A DNA stretch of 63,755 nt, the filler included, from Octopus bimaculoides (lineage: Eukaryota), in the NCBI RefSeq assembly GCF_001194135.2. It is 6 parts of 6 records of this genome, joined end to end, with 100 filler letters (N's around TTAATTAATTAA, not from the genome) between each part and the next. Parts side by side here need not be neighbours in the genome. Positions count along the whole stretch, not along the records: positions 7,817 to 14,425 come from NC_069007.1; positions 14,526 to 32,784 come from NC_068989.1; 4 more parts are not named here. The stretch is one strand, 5' to 3'. The position numbers and the translations under genes are program-made. The notes under the pieces are model-generated. The model made no database searches, was not told the origin of the DNA, and was given only the letters and a program-made list of their open reading frames with translations. Shown here piece by piece: positions 13,160 to 26,480 of the stretch (positions are counted from its first letter, which is position 1; the number at the start of each line of letters is the position of its first letter).

Positions 13160-14350
13160 ATGGTGGAGTTGATGGTGGAGGTGGTGATAGTGGTGATAAT
13201 TGTGACAGTGTTGGTGGTAGTGGAGGGTTCTGGTGGTTGTGTTGAGGTGGTAGCAGCAGTGGTGGTAGTATTGGTGCTAGTAGTAGTATTGATGGTTACA
13301 GTAGCAGCAGCAGCAGTAGTAGTAGTAGTAGTAGTGATGGTGCTTGCAATGGTCTTGGTGGTGGAGCTAGAGGTGAAGGTGGTGGTGGTGGTGGTGGTGG
13401 TGGCAGTGGTCCCTTGTTGCTGTTGTTTGTTGTGATGGAGATGGTGGTGGTGGTGGTGGTACTAGTTGTGGTATTGGTTAATGTAATTGTGTTAGCGAGT
13501 GATGGTTGTGGTAATAGTCCTTTGGTATTGGTGGTGGTGAGGGTGAAGGTGGTGGTAGTGGTGGTGGTGCTGCTGCTGGTGGTTCTGGCATTAGTGGTGG
13601 TGGTCGTCGTCGTGGTTAGAGTAGAGGTGTTGGTAGTGGTGGTGGTGTTAATGATGGTGATAATGGTGGTGTTGTTGTTGTTGGCGGTGGTGTTGGTGGT
13701 GGTAGTGATGGTGGTGGTAGCGATGGTAGTGGTGGTGGTTAGAGTTGAGGTGCTGGTAGTGTTAATGATGGTGGTAATGGTGGTGATGATAGTGGTGGTA
13801 GTGGTGGTGGTGATAGTGGTGGTGGTGATATTGGTGGTGGTGGTAGTAGTGATGATGGTGGTGGTGTTGCTGTTGGAGGTGGTGTTGGTGGTAGCGATGG
13901 TGGTGGTGGTGGTGGTAGCGATGGTGGTGGTGGTGGTAGCGATGGTGGTTGTGGTGGTGGTGGTGGTTAGAGTAGAGATGGTGATGGTGTTGATGGTGGT
14001 AATGGTGGTGATGATAGTGGTGGTGGCAATAATGGTGGTGGTGTTAGAGGTGGAGTTGGTGGTGTTGATGGTGGTATTGATGGTGGTGGTAGCGATGGTG
14101 GTGGTGGTAGTGGTGTTAGCGCTTACAGAGAAACTTGCTGGTGCTGCTTCTCAGAGCAGGGAGGTTATAGTGCTGATGGTGGTAGTGGTGGTAGTGCTGG
14201 TGGTGGTGGTGGTAGAGCTGGTGGTGATAGTGGTGGTGACAGTCATGGAGCGACAGCAGTGGTATCAAGGTTCTCAATGGTGATAGTTGTAGCAGGTGGT
14301 GATGCAGGTAGTGTTGGTGGTAGTATTGGTGGTGGTGGTGGTGGTGGTGG
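13160..14350. repeat. (GGT/GAT/GTA)n low-complexity tract
   Basis: About 1.2 kb of degenerate GGT repeats. Explains the 289-aa poly-Val ORF. Confidence 0.9.
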
Positions 14351-14565
14351 AGGCAGCGGCGCTGGTTTTAATTTGCAAGAGAAATGAGCAGAGATGATAC
14401 CACACCGTTCCAAAGTGTAAGGAGANNNNNNNNNNNNNNNNNNNNNNNNNNNNNNNNNNNNNNNNNNNNTTAATTAATTAANNNNNNNNNNNNNNNNNNN
14501 NNNNNNNNNNNNNNNNNNNNNNNNNTATATATATATATATATATATATATGCATATGCGTCCTTT

Positions 14566-14616
<51 letters not shown>

Positions 14617-14804
14617 TGCATCTACCTTTATAGCTACGTACCTACCTTTAGGTGTATATTTGTGTATGTATGTATGTATGTATACTTTTATTGTTTCACT
14701 TGCACATTGTAATTTGTAATGTGCAATTTAGTTCGTTGATACATATTTATGTATGTACGTATATATGTATGTATGTATATATGTATGTATTTTCAAAGGA
14801 CCAG

Positions 14805-14942
14805 CTGAATCTCCCTGAAAACTACGTTATAGATAGACGTGTTTGTGGAATCCTCTGCCACTTGCACATTAATTTCACGAGCAGGCTATTCCGTTGATAG
14901 CATCAACTAAAAACCCTCGTCGTCGTAAACGACGGAGTGCCA
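14805..14942 (-). mobile_element. SINE family S3 fragment
   Basis: Reverse complement of GGCACTCCGTCG(G/T)TTACGACGACGAGGG...CTGCTCGTGAAATTAA. Homologous to about 36560-37050 and 51175-51300. Confidence 0.7.
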
Positions 14943-15224
14943 GCTATGTATGTATGTATGTATGCATGTATGTATGTATGTATGTATGTATGTTCAGTCG
15001 CTGACCTCTTTTACTGTACGCTAAAATATATACATAGACAAGGCGTTTACATTTGTCTATACATAGAAAGTTTGGCTGCGTTCTATAATACAGTATAAAC
15101 CGAAAAACATAGACACACATATATATGTGAGGGGAAAGTTCGCGTGTACGTGCGTGTTTGTATATTTCTCTCTCCTTTATCATACACATGCAAACACACA
15201 TACACACACAAACACATATGCATG

Positions 15225-15292
<68 letters not shown>

Positions 15293-16058
15293 NNNNNNNN
15301 NNNNNNNNNNNNNNNNNNNNNNNNNNNNNNNNNNNNNNNNNNNNNNNNNNNNNNNNNNNNNNNNNNNNNNNNNNNNNNNNNNNNNNNNNNNNNNNNNNNN
15401 NNNNNNNNNNNNNNNNNNNNNNNNNNNNNNNNNNNNNNNNNNNNNNNNNNNNNNNNNNNNNNNNNNNNNNNNNNNNNNNNNNNNNNNNNNNNNNNNNNNN
15501 NNNNNNNNNNNNNNNNNNNNNNNNNNNNNNNNNNNNNNNNNNNNNNNNNNNNNNNNNNNNNNNNNNNNNNNNNNNNNNNNNNNNNNNNNNNNNNNNNNNN
15601 NNNNNNNNNNNNNNNNNNNNNNNNNNNNNNNNNNNNNNNNNNNNNNNNNNNNNNNNNNNNNNNNNNNNNNNNNNNNNNNNNNNNNNNNNNNNNNNNNNNN
15701 NNNNNNNNNNNNNNNNNNNNNNNNNNNNNACACAATCATACAAAAAACCCCACCTTTTTTGTATTTATTTTTACTCGCATATATATATATATATATATAT
15801 AGCACATACAAATATGTATGCATTGTATAAATGATCGTTTTGATGAATCTGAATCTAATTGTATCTGCTCATATTAATTAGAATAATATATAAATTATTA
15901 TATCCTTCTGTTGTACTTTTCTCTTTATAAACCCTTTTGGCAAATACAGATATGATTAATATTAATATTAATATAATTATTCTGCTTTCCGTTCTTGTAG
16001 TTGTCGTTATTTATTCATTTTGTTGTTGTTGTTCAGTAGTAGTATTTTCATTGTGTGC

Positions 16059-16110
<52 letters not shown>

Positions 16111-16112
<2 letters not shown>

Positions 16113-18305
16113 TTGAATTCCAACAAAAATAAGTTTATCCTTTTTCTGGTCCTAGATTTTACGTTGTGTTTATAGTTCAAATGAGTATTTTGCTATTTTG
16201 GGGTTAATTTAAACTGTTTCAAACAGGGGTTGGAATTCTTTATGTGTTCTCACCCGCTTGGGGCGGAATAAGTTCTATTTCCTTTACTTCAATGTTTTGA
16301 AAATCTCTCGTAAGATTTTTTTTTTTTTAAGTTTCAAAGCATAACGCTATCAATGTGCTAGCGGCAAGAGCATCTCACAATGATGTTGGTTGCTTTATAA
16401 ATATAGGAGAATCTAAAGAAAACTCCCCTGCATCACAAAAAGAAAATCTATTTTTAAAATGAAGATTTCAGTTTGAAAGACATTTAGTATGACACCACTA
16501 ACATTACGAGCAATAACAATGACACTGACATTGGTAACTTGGCAAACATTGATATCTCTAATGGCAACAATAACAGTAACATCAGGAGTAATGTCACAGA
16601 TATGTGGAAACCAGAAACAGCAGCATCCTTTCCCGCTGTAGATGAGGCTTGGGATCTAACCAAGCTCCAGAAAAAATATGAACAATGGGCAATGTATGTA
16701 ACGTAAGCCAGTGCTTCTCTACCCGAGGATCTCGTTGAGGAAAGGTCAATGAGAACAGTGAAATATCACTGAATCTCCTTACAGAATAGTCGGGTATATC
16801 AGATATCACTGAAAGGTGACTTTCAAAGGGTCTTGATGCTGATAGACTTGAAATAGGAAGCCTGTTACGTTATGAACAGAGAAGAAGGCTGAAAGACGGC
16901 ACTCACACCACATACATAGAAATATTGTTTGGTACATCAATATTTGTGAAATAGAAACGAGATAATCACGATAAAGCATATGGGCAAAGTCGACAAATGG
17001 TTGATCAAAACTTTTGTGAAGCAGTGGGGAGTTTGTACGGAAAGAAATTACCCTTAAAATTATTAGTCGAGGATAGATGGTACTTCAAATCCCAATGACC
17101 CTCGAAGATCATAATGCCATACCGGAAATACATCTCGCCAGTGATTTTATCGTTAAATCGGTCACGTTGATTATGCAGAACAGAAGATCTTAGTACTACA
17201 TATGTAATATCAAAAACCAGGAAAATATTAAAAGTGAATGAAGTAACCAATAGAAGACATCCGTATTTCTGAAGCGAGAACCCTCTAGAACTCAGAGAAA
17301 AGCTGCTCCCGTTATTCTGCTACTACTGTTGCTGCTACTACTAAAAGTACCACCGATCTCAACTTGCCTTGTCATTATCCACATATCACCGGTGGGAAAG
17401 CCAGTAGTAGTAGAAAGATCTTGTCCAATCTAGCTAAAGGTTGTCGATCAGAGGTCGCAGGCGACTCTTCCAACTTATCATCTTGAGGACAACTCAAGGC
17501 GAAATTATATCTTGAAACCAACTGAAACTAAGACGGAAGTTGTCTCCAAAAGGAATCGACTAAAATTAAAGACTAAGTAGTTCAAAAGCCTATAACGTTT
17601 GGTTTTACATCACCTACATAAAAGAGATAAAATTGATTGAACAAACAAGGAAGATAATAAAAAATAATACTAAGACAGAAGAAGTTCAATACAAACCTGC
17701 AGACTGTTGGTTAGGACAATGGCTGAAGCCTATCATCAAACAACAATTTTTCCCACAAGATGTGTAAGAGTTTGCTGTTGAACCAAAGCCTCGAAATTGT
17801 ATGTTTGAGTTCGGTAGTGCAAAAGAAAATACAAACACCGCGTAAGTACCCTCTTTTGATTCTCATCAACTACAACTAGAAGATTAGAAGTATGAAGATC
17901 TTTGACGCGTTTAAGAGAGCTGAAGATAGACTTCAAACTCCCCAAGCAACTCTTACACATTCAATTGGAACGAGGGTCAGAATAGAGCGGAATATGGTAA
18001 ATTTGATGAAAGGCGGATACCCGTGAGAAAACTGATACGCATTAGAAAGCAAGTCCATAAGTTCTGCCTAGAGATTACAGGCGGGCTTAGAGCGCAAAGT
18101 GATAGGTGTCTTGGGTGTTTTGATCAGCTATGGTTATGGATGTCCTTTTTTGTATGGTTTAAACATTATTTTCAATGTTTCTCATGTTCTACTGTCTTTA
18201 ACCATCTCCCAATTTATTGTCTGTGTGCACACCATCGTATTTGTTTCTCTGCATTTTACATAAACAGCTGTCTATTTGTGTGAGGTCCCTGTAGTCAATA
18301 AACAA
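16111..18305 (+). mobile_element. Highly decayed non-LTR retrotransposon, probably RLE-type (R4/Dong-like), in a (TTA)n tract
   Basis: Bounded by (TTA)n and (TTG)n tracts. Fragmentary translations CWLGQW (~17705), IFPTR (~17750) and KYEDL (~17890) resemble R4/Dong post-RT and restriction-like endonuclease motifs. Many stops. Confidence 0.4.
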
Positions 18306-18766
18306 CTGTAATTATTGTTGTTGTTATTGTTATTTTTGTTGTTGTTAGTGGTGGTGGTGGTGGCGGTAGTAGCGTTTTTTGTTGTTGTTTTATGCTATTT
18401 CTAATCCGATTGCCATCTCAATTTCTTAAACATATCATAGTGTTTAGAATATTTTCTTTTCTGTAATGAATGAAAATGTTCAGAAATTTAATCTTTGAGA
18501 TTTAGCTGAGTCAACATAAACCCGTAAGTTGTCCACGTTAAGCTAATTTAAACAGCAGTGGCCGTCACACAAGGTTCAAGCTCACTCATCACGTGTCTGC
18601 TAGTCTCGTGCCTTACCGAGACATTTCGCTGCATGAATGTCTGCTAGAATTTCATTTGACTTCCGCACGTGATCAAAATTCTGAAATTATTCACACTTGA
18701 CATCCTGCAAAATAAAATTTGGGTCAGTGTGGAAGTTATATACTTATTTCTTTTATAACTTTCTCT

Positions 18767-18816
<50 letters not shown>

Positions 18817-19082
18817 NNNNNNNNNNNNNNNNNNNNNNNNNNNNNNNNNNNNNNNNNNNNNNNNNNNNNNNNNNNNNNNNNNNNNNNNNNCACTTTCACT
18901 TTCCACTCACTTTCTTCCTTTCTCCACTCCCTCTCTCTTTCTTGCTCTCTCGCTCTCTCCAATCCCTTTTCCTTTCTCTCTCCCACACTCTCTTTTTGTC
19001 TTCCTTTACCTTTTCTCACTTCTTGGATTTCTCTTCATTCTGCCTCTCTCACGCACTTGAGGTTTACTGGACGCGTGTTTAG

Positions 19083-19445
19083 AGGCACAGGTATGACTGT
19101 GAGGGTAAGAAGCTCGCTTTGCAGCCACATGGTTTCAGGTTCAGTCCCACCGCGCGGAACTGTCTTCTAGAATAGCATCGGGCCGACCGATGCCTTGTGA
19201 GTGAATTTGGTAGACGAAAACTGTCTGGAAGCCCGTCGTGCACATGTGTCTGTGTGTGTATTTGCGTCTGTGTTTCTCCCACTATGTGACAACCGGTGCG
19301 CTGTTGGTTTGTTTATGCCTTCGTAATCTAGCGGTTCGTCAAAAGACCCCGATAAAATAAGTACCAAACATTGGGTTCGATTAGTTCGACTCAAACCCTG
19401 AAGGTCGCAGTTCTATGACTAAGACAAGTAAAAGATAAAATCAAA
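19083..19445 (+). mobile_element. CORE-type SINE S2
   Basis: Head AGGCACAGGTATGACTGTGAGGGTAAGAAGC...GGTTCAGTCCCAC, body CGGGCCGACC...GCCCGTCGT, tail GACAAGTAAAAGATAAAA. Confidence 0.8.
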
Positions 19446-19569
19446 AACTATAAGATATGAATTACCAAGTTGAGCTGCGATTTTACAGCCACCATTGACA
19501 GAAAAAAATGATAGAGTATTGAACAGTTGAATATTATACAAATATAATATTATGTTGATATATTCTTTT

Positions 19570-19970
19570 ATTCATTTATCCTTTTATTTGTTTCAGTCAT
19601 TTGACTGCGACCATACTGCAGCAGCGCCTTTAGTCGAATAAATCGACCCCAGGACTTATTCGTTGTAAGCCTAGTACTTATTCTATCGGTCTCTTTTGCT
19701 GAACCGCTAGTTTACGGGGACGTAAACACACCAACATCGATTGTCAAGTGATGGTGGGGGCAAACACATACATACATATATATATATACATATANNNNNN
19801 NNNNATATATATACGACGGGCTTCTTTCAGTTTCCGTCTACCGAATCCACTCACAAGGCTTTGGTCGGCCCGAGGCTATAGCAGAAGACACTCACCCAAG
19901 GTGCCACGCAGCAGAACTGAACACGAAACCATGTGGTTGGTAAGCAAGCTACTTAGCACATAGCCACTCC
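19570..19970 (-). mobile_element. CORE-type SINE S2, inverted relative to the neighbouring copy
   Basis: GTTTCAGTCATTTGACTGCG...ACGACGGGCTTCTTTCAGTTTCCGTCTACC...CACAAGGCTTTGGTCGGCCCGAGG...GGTAAGCAAGCTACTTA. Confidence 0.85.
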
Positions 19971-20554
19971 TATCGATGACAAAATTTTATTGAAATGAAT
20001 GTTTATGATATTATATTGATGACATAATGCGGAAATTACAGAATAGAAAAACTGGCATAAATTAACAAAAATAGGTAAGGAGGAATATTTTCTTCCAAAG
20101 AACTAAACCCTTTCTGGGGGAAATAATGGAGTAAATGAAGAGAACCAAGATAATCTAAGATCACCATTCTATGAAAATCACACAAACGGTTAATAGACCA
20201 AATTCCGCATCATTGGTGCCACAGATTTTCCGAACAAGCTTCAGCGACATAAAAAGAGTTAGGTCCAGAACATAAATAGCATGCAGAACAGATTAATTAA
20301 TAAAATTAAAACCAAGACATTACACCAAACTTAACTTAAAAGCTATCCTCAAAACGCTGGCGTTTTTCAATACCAATTGACTCAACAAATATTTTCTAGT
20401 TCATTAATTTACTCTCGGACATAATTTGAAAAATGATTAAGTGAACATGGTCGTGCAGTGCCTAAGTGAACGTAACCAGTAATATTTCAACAGTTATTTC
20501 CTTCAATAATATTTTGTTTTATTTCTTGTGTGTTTTATTGTACTTTATTGCAAA

Positions 20555-21378
20555 TACGAGGGTGAGCTGTAAAGTTCAAAAGTTGACTATGAAGGAATGA
20601 TGCTAGGGCTGTGAAATCTTGCATGCATTAATTTCAACTCATTAACTCTTTTAATTAATAACTGCATTGTTTCTATCCATCTAAACTGACATCTGACTGT
20701 TCAAAGAGAATTTCAAAAGTAAATAGTAGCGACTTGAAAATGGACAAATTTTGGCATCGTCATGTTCTCATGTACCTGCAGAAAAAAAGATTTAACTCCT
20801 GATAACATCCATGCTGACATTCATGCTGACATTAAAGGATAGCACCCCGGCTTTATCATCAGTGCAAAAATGAATTTACGGCGGGAAGGGAGAATCTTGA
20901 AGATAACTCAAGGTCTTCTTGCATCTGCCACCACCGAGGAAAACACTGATCGTGTTCACTGCATAGTGATGGATGACAGGCGATTGACTATAAATCAAAT
21001 AGCCAATGCTATTATCATAACTATGAGCATAACTCGATGAGAAAGTTGAGAATATTCTACCCGATGAACTTGATATGACGAAGGTTTCTGCTCGGAGCGT
21101 GCCACGTCTTATGACACTTGATCAAATGCGCACCAGGCTGATCACATCATAGGGAAATATTATTCCTTGAGGCAGATCCAGCTGGTTTCCTTGAACGTTT
21201 CCTAAGCCAAGATGTGTGTTGCTAAGTGTTCCTAAGTGTTCCTAAGCCAAGATGAGTCAAGGACAAAGAACAATCCTCCTCAATGCTCCAAAGAAGGTTA
21301 AGGTTGTTTCATCAGCCGGGAAGGTGATGGCCTCAGCTTTTTGAGATGCAAAAGGCATTGTGTTTATTAACTACTTGC
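20555..21378 (+). mobile_element. Mariner transposon relic (5' TIR plus frameshifted transposase)
   Basis: TA-CGAGGGTGAGCTGTAAAGTT terminus. Translated pieces MDKFWHRHV, DDRRLTINQIANAI, SARSVPRLMTLDQ (WVPRLL motif) and GKVMASAF*DAKGIVFINYL. No 3' TIR seen. Confidence 0.9.
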
Positions 21379-21574
21379 TGAAAAGAATGCTGTACAAAAC
21401 CCATCAAAAACAACAAACAACATATAATTGTTTCTAATTTAAGCATAAGGCTGGCGTTATTGAGGGGAGGTGGCCAGTCGATTGCATCACCCACAGTGGT
21501 ATTCTTCACAAATGAATACCTTGAAGTATTTCTAATTTTGCCATTTACCAGATTAATAATTCTTTAGACTATAA

Positions 21575-21775
21575 GCAGAAGGCCTGGAATTCTGAGCGAG
21601 AGGGTTAATTGATTATATCGAACCAAGTGCTCAAATGGTACGTATTTTATCGATCCCGAAAGGATAAAAGGCAAGTCAATTTCGGCGAGACTTAAATTCG
21701 GACCGTAAAGAAAGACGAAATGTCGTTAAGCATTTTGTCAGACGCACTAACGATTCCACCGGGTCGGCACCTTAA
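21575..21775 (-). mobile_element. S1 SINE, diverged
   Basis: AAATGGTACGTATTTTATCGATCCCGAAAGGATAAAAGGCAAGTCAATTTCGGCG...GACGAAATG matches the reverse complement of S1. Confidence 0.75.
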
Positions 21776-22547
21776 TGATATTAATCTTCTTCATTGTTGG
21801 CACAAGGCCTTAAATTTTGGGGAGGAGGTTAGTCGATTGCATTGAATNNNNNNNNNNNNNNNNNNNNNNNNNNNNNNNNNNNNNNNNNNNNNNNNNNNNN
21901 NNNNNNNNNNNNNNNNNNNNNNNNNNNNNNNNNNNNNNNNNNNNNNNNNNNNNNNNNNNNNNNNNNNNNNNNNNNNNNNNNNNNNNNNNNNNNNNNNNNN
22001 NNNNNNNNNNNNNNNNNNNNNNNNNNNNNNNNNNNNNNNNNNNNNNNNNNNNNNNNNNNNNNNNNNNNNNNNNNNNNNNNNNNNNNNNNNNNNNNNNNNN
22101 NNNNNNNNNNNNNNNNNNNNNNNNNNNNNNNNNNNNNNNNNNNNNNNNNNNNNNNNNNNNNNNNNNNNNNNNNNNNNNNNNNNNNNNNNNNNNNNNNNNN
22201 NNNNNNNNNNNNNNNNNNNNNNNNNNNNNNNNNNNNNNNNNNNNNNNNNNNNNNNNNNNNNNNNNNNNNNNNNNNNNNNNNNNNNNNNNNNNNNNNNNNN
22301 NNNNNNNNNNNNNNNNNNNNNNNNNNNNNNNNNNNNNNNNNNNNNNNNNNNNNNNNNNNNNNNNNNNNNNNNNNNNNNNNNNNNNNNNNNNNNNNNNNNN
22401 NNNNNNNNNNNNNNNNNNNNNNNNNNNNNNNNNNNNNNNNNNNNNNNNNNNNNNNNNNNNNNNNNNNNNNNNNNNNNNNNNNNNNNNNNNNNNNNNNNNN
22501 NNNNNNNNNNNNNNNNNNNNNNNNNNNNNNNNNNNNNNNNNNNNNNN

Positions 22548-22606
<59 letters not shown>

Positions 22607-23108
22607 TAAACAAACCTCCCTGCAAACCAAGTCAAGGATGCGCGAATTGTTGCCCTACAGTGCTAACCACAGCATTATAAGCAAATAGAACGTGGCTAAC
22701 TGTCATAGACGAAACCATTTCTGATGAGAAAGTTTTAGTTGTTACATTATACCAGGTCGAAGTAACATAACTTCTCATAAACTATTGCCTTGGGTGAAAT
22801 AAATACCTCACAATGCCATTTTCTGTGTGTTCATAGCAGCAGCTCACGTTTCCTTTTGTTTAAATAGCCTAAACTGCTTTGTCAGCGTTAACATCAAGAC
22901 AGATATTTACTAGAAATAAATAACAAAATAACGGGATTCTTGTTTCAAATTTCTCGATGACACTATTTAGAATTGAAAGAGAAATATAATAACTAACCTA
23001 AGTTTAGCACATACGAAAATAATATATTCTATTTCAGTTCAGTCAAACATAAACACGTGTGCATACTCACGTGTGCAGGCTCACACTCACATACATACAT
23101 GCATGCAC

Positions 23109-23176
<68 letters not shown>

Positions 23177-24349
23177 TGGCACAGTGTGTCGACAAATGAA
23201 CATACTGAAAAACAGAAAACATACAAACAATAGACACAAATATATTTAATCCTTCATGAGTTATCGGCAAAATATCGTAACAATTTCGACACCTATAGTT
23301 TACTGATTGTGGTTTCGGGAAACACTAGCAAAAAGCAACAGCAACCGCACTCAAATTAAGTAGCAATAACAACGTTCAGATCCGGGGGAAAATATTAGCT
23401 AAAATTGATACCAGTATGACGAAGCTACGATTGGTAAAACTTCGGAGTCACTGTCATGTTTTTCCTTGGAAAAATAAATTTATTACTCTGTGATTCTTCA
23501 AAACTATGTTTGACTGTTTTCATATATCACAAATATTAGTCCATACATATATTCATACTATATAAATAGATAAAAACGGGACAAAAACGTAACAGACGAC
23601 AATAAAAACATACAAACAGATGGACGATACAAAGACGGACAGGAAAACTAGGACGGAACAGTCGTGGCTTTCTATTCACCAGTCAAGCTTCCAATCATCA
23701 TTACAATTTCGGCCTGTTACACTTAAGACTGTTCAAAATTGGTAGGCCCCCAAAAATCTAAGCTAAGGGCATTAATGTTTTTGGAAGAAAGCGAGCAAAT
23801 ATGTGCAACAACACGGACAAAAAATCGAGAAAACGAAGAAAATGGTACACGATTACAAGTACAAACAACAGGAATAACAACGGGTGTCTTTCGACTAAAA
23901 GGCCAAGTTAAGTTAAGCTGGCGTGTGAAGTGGAAGCCTTGCGGCAACAAACATGGATGAAAGTCAGGAGACAGTAAAATAAGTTGATGTGCGAGCAGCG
24001 GTCAGACCAAGAAAGAAAGATCATGCTTGGCCGAGCACCGATCACGTGGGAGGAACAGAGAGAGGTAGGAGGCTTTTCTCAGCTTGTAAGTATATATTCA
24101 TAATATATATACCCCTCATACACATTACAGTGGATAACTTTTATGTAAATAGTTAATATTCCGAGAACATAGACTAAAGTTATATATTAACAAGTACGAT
24201 ATAAGACGGAAAAATGTGAATCGCTCATTCTTCTCTCGTATACCTGTGGACCTCGTAACTGGCTACCCCAAAGCGCCTCTAGAACTCTTAGTTTATCAAA
24301 TTAATTCTTACAAAACATCTTACTGGATAAACTAATATTATTTACTTCC

Positions 24350-24555
24350 AAGGCGGCGAGCTGGCAGAAACATTAGCACGCCGGGCGAAATGCTTAGGGT
24401 TATGTCGTCTGTCTTTACGTTCTGAGTTCAAATTCCGCCGACTTTGCCTTTCATCCTTTCGGAGTCGATAAATTAAGTACCAGTTGCGTACTGGATCGAG
24501 CTAAACGACTGGCCTCTCCCACAAAATTTAGGCCCTTGTACCTAGAGTAGAAAAG
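24350..24555 (+). mobile_element. Full-length S1 SINE with 16-bp target site duplication
   Basis: GGCGGCGAGCTGGCAGAAAC... flanked by AATATTATTTACTTCC at 24334-24349 and 24556-24571. Confidence 0.92.
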
Positions 24556-25089
24556 AATATTATTTACTTCCTCCTGTCTCATACGAGGATTGAAAAGACT
24601 TTGTAAGCCCAAAAGCCAACGACAGCTTGCTTAATACTAACATGGTCCAGTATCACACTGAAATTCTCATATGTTTATTGAAACTACGACAAATATAAAT
24701 AGTAAATGACTATAATGTAAACGGTTCAGATTTTTTATAATATAAGATAAACTTATGCATTTAAAAGCACACCACTAAACAAAATAAATTAAAGAAAAAC
24801 GCGACAAAATAAACTCCCTTCGGGGGTAAGCCCAGTTATCTGTCGCATACTTTGTTTTGCATCATACTTGTGAGTATACAACATAAGTTTATATTAAACT
24901 ATAAAGTTCTAATTTATATATATTATTTTTCTCTTGTATTTATATTCTAGGGTCGTTTCAAATATAAATACGGAATAATGTTTCTGAGCAGTAATTTGCT
25001 GATTTAGACAACGTTGGTGTGGTCAGCCTAGCGTTGGTTATGTGGTTACTGAATATTTATCATCCTCATATGAAATGTGCAATCACCCC

Positions 25090-25235
25090 AGCGCTAACCG
25101 TCATATCTTAGTTCCTTCCGACGGCTGTATGGCACTGTAACCTTAGTTTTCATTTTATGAGTCTAACCAAGTGCATTCACCACAAATCATACATTTGATA
25201 CGAAACTGCACAATCGTAACCGGGGAGCAATTATA
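25090..25235 (-). mobile_element. Decayed Penelope-like GIY-YIG endonuclease fragment
   Basis: Minus translation NCSPVTIVQFRIKCMICGE followed by a frameshifted YIGxT-like segment. Resembles the PLE pattern C..NVIY.I.C..CG..YIG.T. Confidence 0.35.
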
Positions 25236-25849
25236 TATGTTCTAATGCTTGTCGACTGATCTTTCACAAACACTTCTTCAGACATCAAAGAGACTTTCAG
25301 ACGTTTGAGGATATTGTTACCAATATATTCTCAAATAACAGTTCACATATTTCGTTCACAAAAGTAAAAGTGGGAACCCAGGGGAATATGAACCCTCATT
25401 AAGAAAGCCAAAAGCTTAAATAAAGAATGTTCAGCCAAAATAATGCCAGTAGTAGCACTTTCAATAGATAGCAATAACGACATGCGAATCACTCCCACCA
25501 CACACACGCTAAAAAAAGCGAATAAAAAAATAAAGCTAGACAAGATTTATGTTGGTATCGGTACTTCTGCAGGATCCTGCTGAGGAATATGTTGGGTCCT
25601 GCTGTTGTGTCGCACTCAATTTTATTTATTGGCGCTATGAGGTCTGAAGAGTAAGACTGGGCCATTGAAAAACATTAACCACCACCCAAAAGTGTTCAAC
25701 TCACTTGCCAAAAACAACATTATTATGCTGAATCATACATTGATTCACTGCTTGATAAAAATATACAACAGCAATGATGCCAAATGAATAGGACTATCTG
25801 CAGAAACAATACTGCTGTCTTCAGTGAACCTGTTGAAGTAAAGATAACC

Positions 25850-26480
25850 CTGATCCTCAATACATCACACTTGATATCACTTTAGGCACATTGGACTTAA
25901 TAGCAGTACTAAATTATAATTGAGCAATACTCAGCGGTAGGACCCCGTAAATTCCTTGCTAACGTTTTGAAGGAGTACTGTCATTTACTTGCATCACCTT
26001 TACTTGATATCGGCAGAAAATCGCTTGACGCAGGTTATATACCGTTATATACCCATGTATACTTTCCTAGTTTTCAGAAAGAGTGGGGAAAAGTCGTCTG
26101 CTGCAGACAGATTTTATGTGCTTCCCACACTATTCAAGTATTTGAAAGGGGATACGATTAACTAGATTCCCATTGGATAATAATCTCCTAAATCCCAACC
26201 AATATGGCTTTCGTTATAGCAGAGGCTACTTAATATAGTCTCTGCAGACCCCATCATGTTAAATGTTTAAGAAGAGGGCTGAAAAGCATATATAATAAAC
26301 CCTAACGACAGTAACACCTTGACAAATTTGACTATAGTATTTTGTTGCAAAAGTTTTGGATTTCACACACTTGGTTGTTTCTTGGTAAGCAGAAATTAAC
26401 AGTTTGCAAGTGATAGGATCTGGCTCAGTAAATGTCAATGGTTTCCCCAACTCGATTTGTTGCATTAATATAACTTTATA
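25850..26480 (+). mobile_element. Decayed CR1-group LINE reverse transcriptase fragment
   Basis: Pieces FLANVLKEYCHLLASPL, DNNLLNPNQYGFR and LDKFDYSILLQK match the RT N-terminal motifs GPD..P..LK, LL...QYGFR and AFDKVDH.IL. Confidence 0.75.

Noticed and set aside
13414-14283. 289-aa Val-rich ORF (mucin-like Thr-rich on the opposite strand)
   Set aside because: Degenerate GGT trinucleotide tract with no splice signals or non-repetitive coding content.
18617-18704. Exon-like segment on minus (ttttattttgcag ... G|gtaagg)
   Set aside because: The strong acceptor gives stops in all frames. The weaker internal acceptor gives 64 nt (NFDHVRKSNEILADIHAAKCL) with no recognisable similarity and a phase incompatible with direct joining to the 8465 exon.
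22715-22745. CTGATGA at 22722 (also 34228)
   Set aside because: No downstream hairpin plus GAAA.
23560-23960. Paired ORFs and a GGCC-GAAA-TT-GTA half motif on minus
   Set aside because: Looks like a dispersed repeat, possibly a PLE end, but no CUGANGA core is recoverable and the peptides are unrecognisable.
25250-25295. CTGAAGA...GAAAGATCAGTC on minus, next to the GIY-YIG-like fragment
   Set aside because: No helix II pairing. Too degenerate to call an HHR.
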